Positions 61,945 through 64,000 of a stretch of DNA of 64,000 bases are shown in pieces. The stretch spans positions 10,707,009 through 10,771,008 of the forward strand of contig MU058781.1 of the NCBI GenBank assembly GCA_013265495.1. The letters are read 5' to 3'. The position numbers and the translations under genes were made by a program. How positions within the stretch are numbered: the stretch's first letter is position 1; the number at the start of each line of letters is the position of its first letter. The DNA comes from Vicugna vicugna. Taxonomy: Eukaryota. The notes below the pieces were generated by a model. It did not search any database, was not told where the DNA came from, and was given only the letters and a program-made list of their open reading frames with translations.

Positions 61945-64000
61945 TACTTATTGAACTTGGAAACAAACAAAAAAATAGCCATGGAGACTTAAAGCCCTCT
62001 CCTTGGTCATTCTAGTCTGCAGTTTCCCTGAAACAGGTCCGGGCCTGTATTTCCCTATTGCTGTCACACGCTTTGGAGAAACATGCATGCCCAGAGGTTG
62101 GGGATACGTCTTGGGAACACCTTTCATGGCCCAGACCAAAAGCTGCTCCCCAGATGTGAGCAGCTCTGCCTATATCACATCCCTGAACACACCCCATATA
62201 AAATGCAGCTGCCTTGAGTTCACATAAAGTAGGAGAATCCATTAAAGGAAAGTCAAAGAGAAACTCGGAGAAACCCCTTCAGTCCCCATTTACTATTTCT
62301 ACCCTTTTCCTTTTATTATAATCAAACTCTGATGAATCCAGCTAATGTTTCTGTACCATTCTCCTGCCACTGCTCATTTGGACAACCCAGGTGGTGGGGG
62401 AAGAAAAGTATAAAGTTCCTCAGTTGCTTCATTTCTCACATGAGTCCAGCAGGCCAGCATGGTTCAGGACACCTTGACAACTGACTCTCATGTACATCTG
62501 TGACCTATTAGAAATAGAGAGTTTTTAAAAATGACCTCTAGACTCTTGTCTAAATCTGTGAAAACGTGTGTGTATGTGTGAGTGTACCCACGTGCATTCA
62601 TACCTATATGCAAACACACACTGACTCCATTTCAAGAGTGGTGTGCAAAGACCTCCATCGAACATTTTATTACTGTTTGCACATTTGGTACAGAACAGCA
62701 CTGAAGGGCCCTGCATCAGCAGCAGCTCCAGCAATTAGCTCCGAATGAAACAGTCATAAATAGTAATTAGTCATTCCCTCAGTCATGTCCCAAAGCCTTT
62801 AAAAAAAAATCCACAGAGAAATCAATGCATTCTTTCCCAAAGACCTCTTATAGGCGAACCACCCACTCACTCCACCATCATTTCACAGAAGCGAAGAGCA
62901 AGAGCAGGATTTCGCTGGCTCCCCAGGTGCCTGGAAACCCATGAGGGGAAGCAAGCAGAAGGGGGTGGAGAGAAAAGGTGGTAGAGAACTAAAGGTCTGA
63001 AGAACGTTTATCAAGGTAGGGAGAGGTGGGAATGCAGGAACCGAGAATACTCAACACAGGAAGACGCTGGGACAGGAGCCTAACTGATACAGGATTCCAT
63101 CCTACGTGGCACTACCCTTGCCTCAGCTGTGAATCTCAGAGCCTCGTGAATTATTCCTTTATTCGGTGGTGAAATCCCGCAGCCCCAGAATAAAACTGGT
63201 GGTGTCAAATGACTCTTCCAGTGGGGACACTAGATCGAAGAACTGAGGATGGTTTCATGTGAGAGAAGTCCCAGCCTCTGTCTTAAAAGTGTGGATTCTG
63301 AGGCCTGACAGGCCTGCCTGTATGTTGTTAGGGAGATGACAATTGTGACAATGAAACTCTGTCCTCCAATAATCAGACCCAGTCCATTCTGTGATGTGCT
63401 GAGTAGCCTCGATGGGATCCTTTTAATTCTCGCAGTCAGAGGTCTGGATGGGACCTTGAAAGCTTATCTGTCTTATGCCCGTGGCTTCAGTTATGTCTGT
63501 TCTATTTCAGACAGGTTTATGTCCAGCATAACCGTGAGCACAGCCTTTGCATATCAACCATCTAGACCCTGGACTAATCATTTGTGAGTACTTAGAGTGG
63601 AGAACAGTGGTTCAGGCATTACCAGTGGCCAGAACAAAGCCTGCAGGGTTTCTTCCATTTCTGAGATGCCACAGTGTTGCCTAGCATATGGAGTCTGAAA
63701 TGTAGAGTGAAGCATCTTTTATCAATATTATTTCCCACCTTACACTGTTAGTTCTCCAGGTAACCAAACCATAGTACTCAATATGCCCTGAGCACATCTT
63801 TTCCTGAGTGTCCAAGCACATACATACCCCTTGTTCAGAGTGCTCTCAGCCAACCTGATGGAATGACAGACGTTCCAGTCAGACCTGTCAGCCTAAACCC
63901 TGAACTTGCCATTTATTAGATGTAGGAACTTGGAACTGTTCTTTGGTTCCTCTAAGCCAGGAATTCTCAGCCCTGTTTGCACATTAATATAACACAAGAG

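Noticed and set aside
1..64000. ORF track entries (60-146 aa) as protein-coding genes
   Set aside because: They are short, many start at non-ATG codons, none is a recognisable host protein, and there is no consistent exon chain. Those with recognisable motifs are decayed L1 or ERV-L frames.
1..64000. CRISPR array, operon or other prokaryotic-type system
   Set aside because: The sequence is mammalian with no repeat-spacer arrays; tandem repeats are microsatellites or single duplications.

Overview
Mammalian, AT-rich, CpG-poor non-coding DNA (intergenic or deep intronic), almost certainly from a camelid. The evidence is a tRNA-Ala-derived Vic-1-type SINE at 50383-50504 and cetartiodactyl-type L1 3' tails, with no Alu, Bov-A or PRE1 seen. 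I find no supportable protein-coding gene, RNA gene or CRISPR array; the ORF track is explained by chance ORFs and decayed retroelement frames. Much of the window is transposon debris: L2, MIR, old L1M elements, four MLT1 solo LTRs, two ERV-L proviral remnants (about 11.05-14.08 kb and 43.9-47.5 kb, both on the minus strand, with recognisable pol and dUTPase remnants), an ERV1-type solo LTR and a hAT MITE. The most striking signal is an MLT2-type solo LTR (53773-54347) carrying an antisense, decayed fragment that aligns in register with apolipoprotein A-IV coding sequence, which points to retroviral capture of a host mRNA. Several repeat-free, motif-dense stretches are candidate enhancers or promoters. 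All repeat family names come from recalled consensus sequences, not from a search. I did not find a new biological system.
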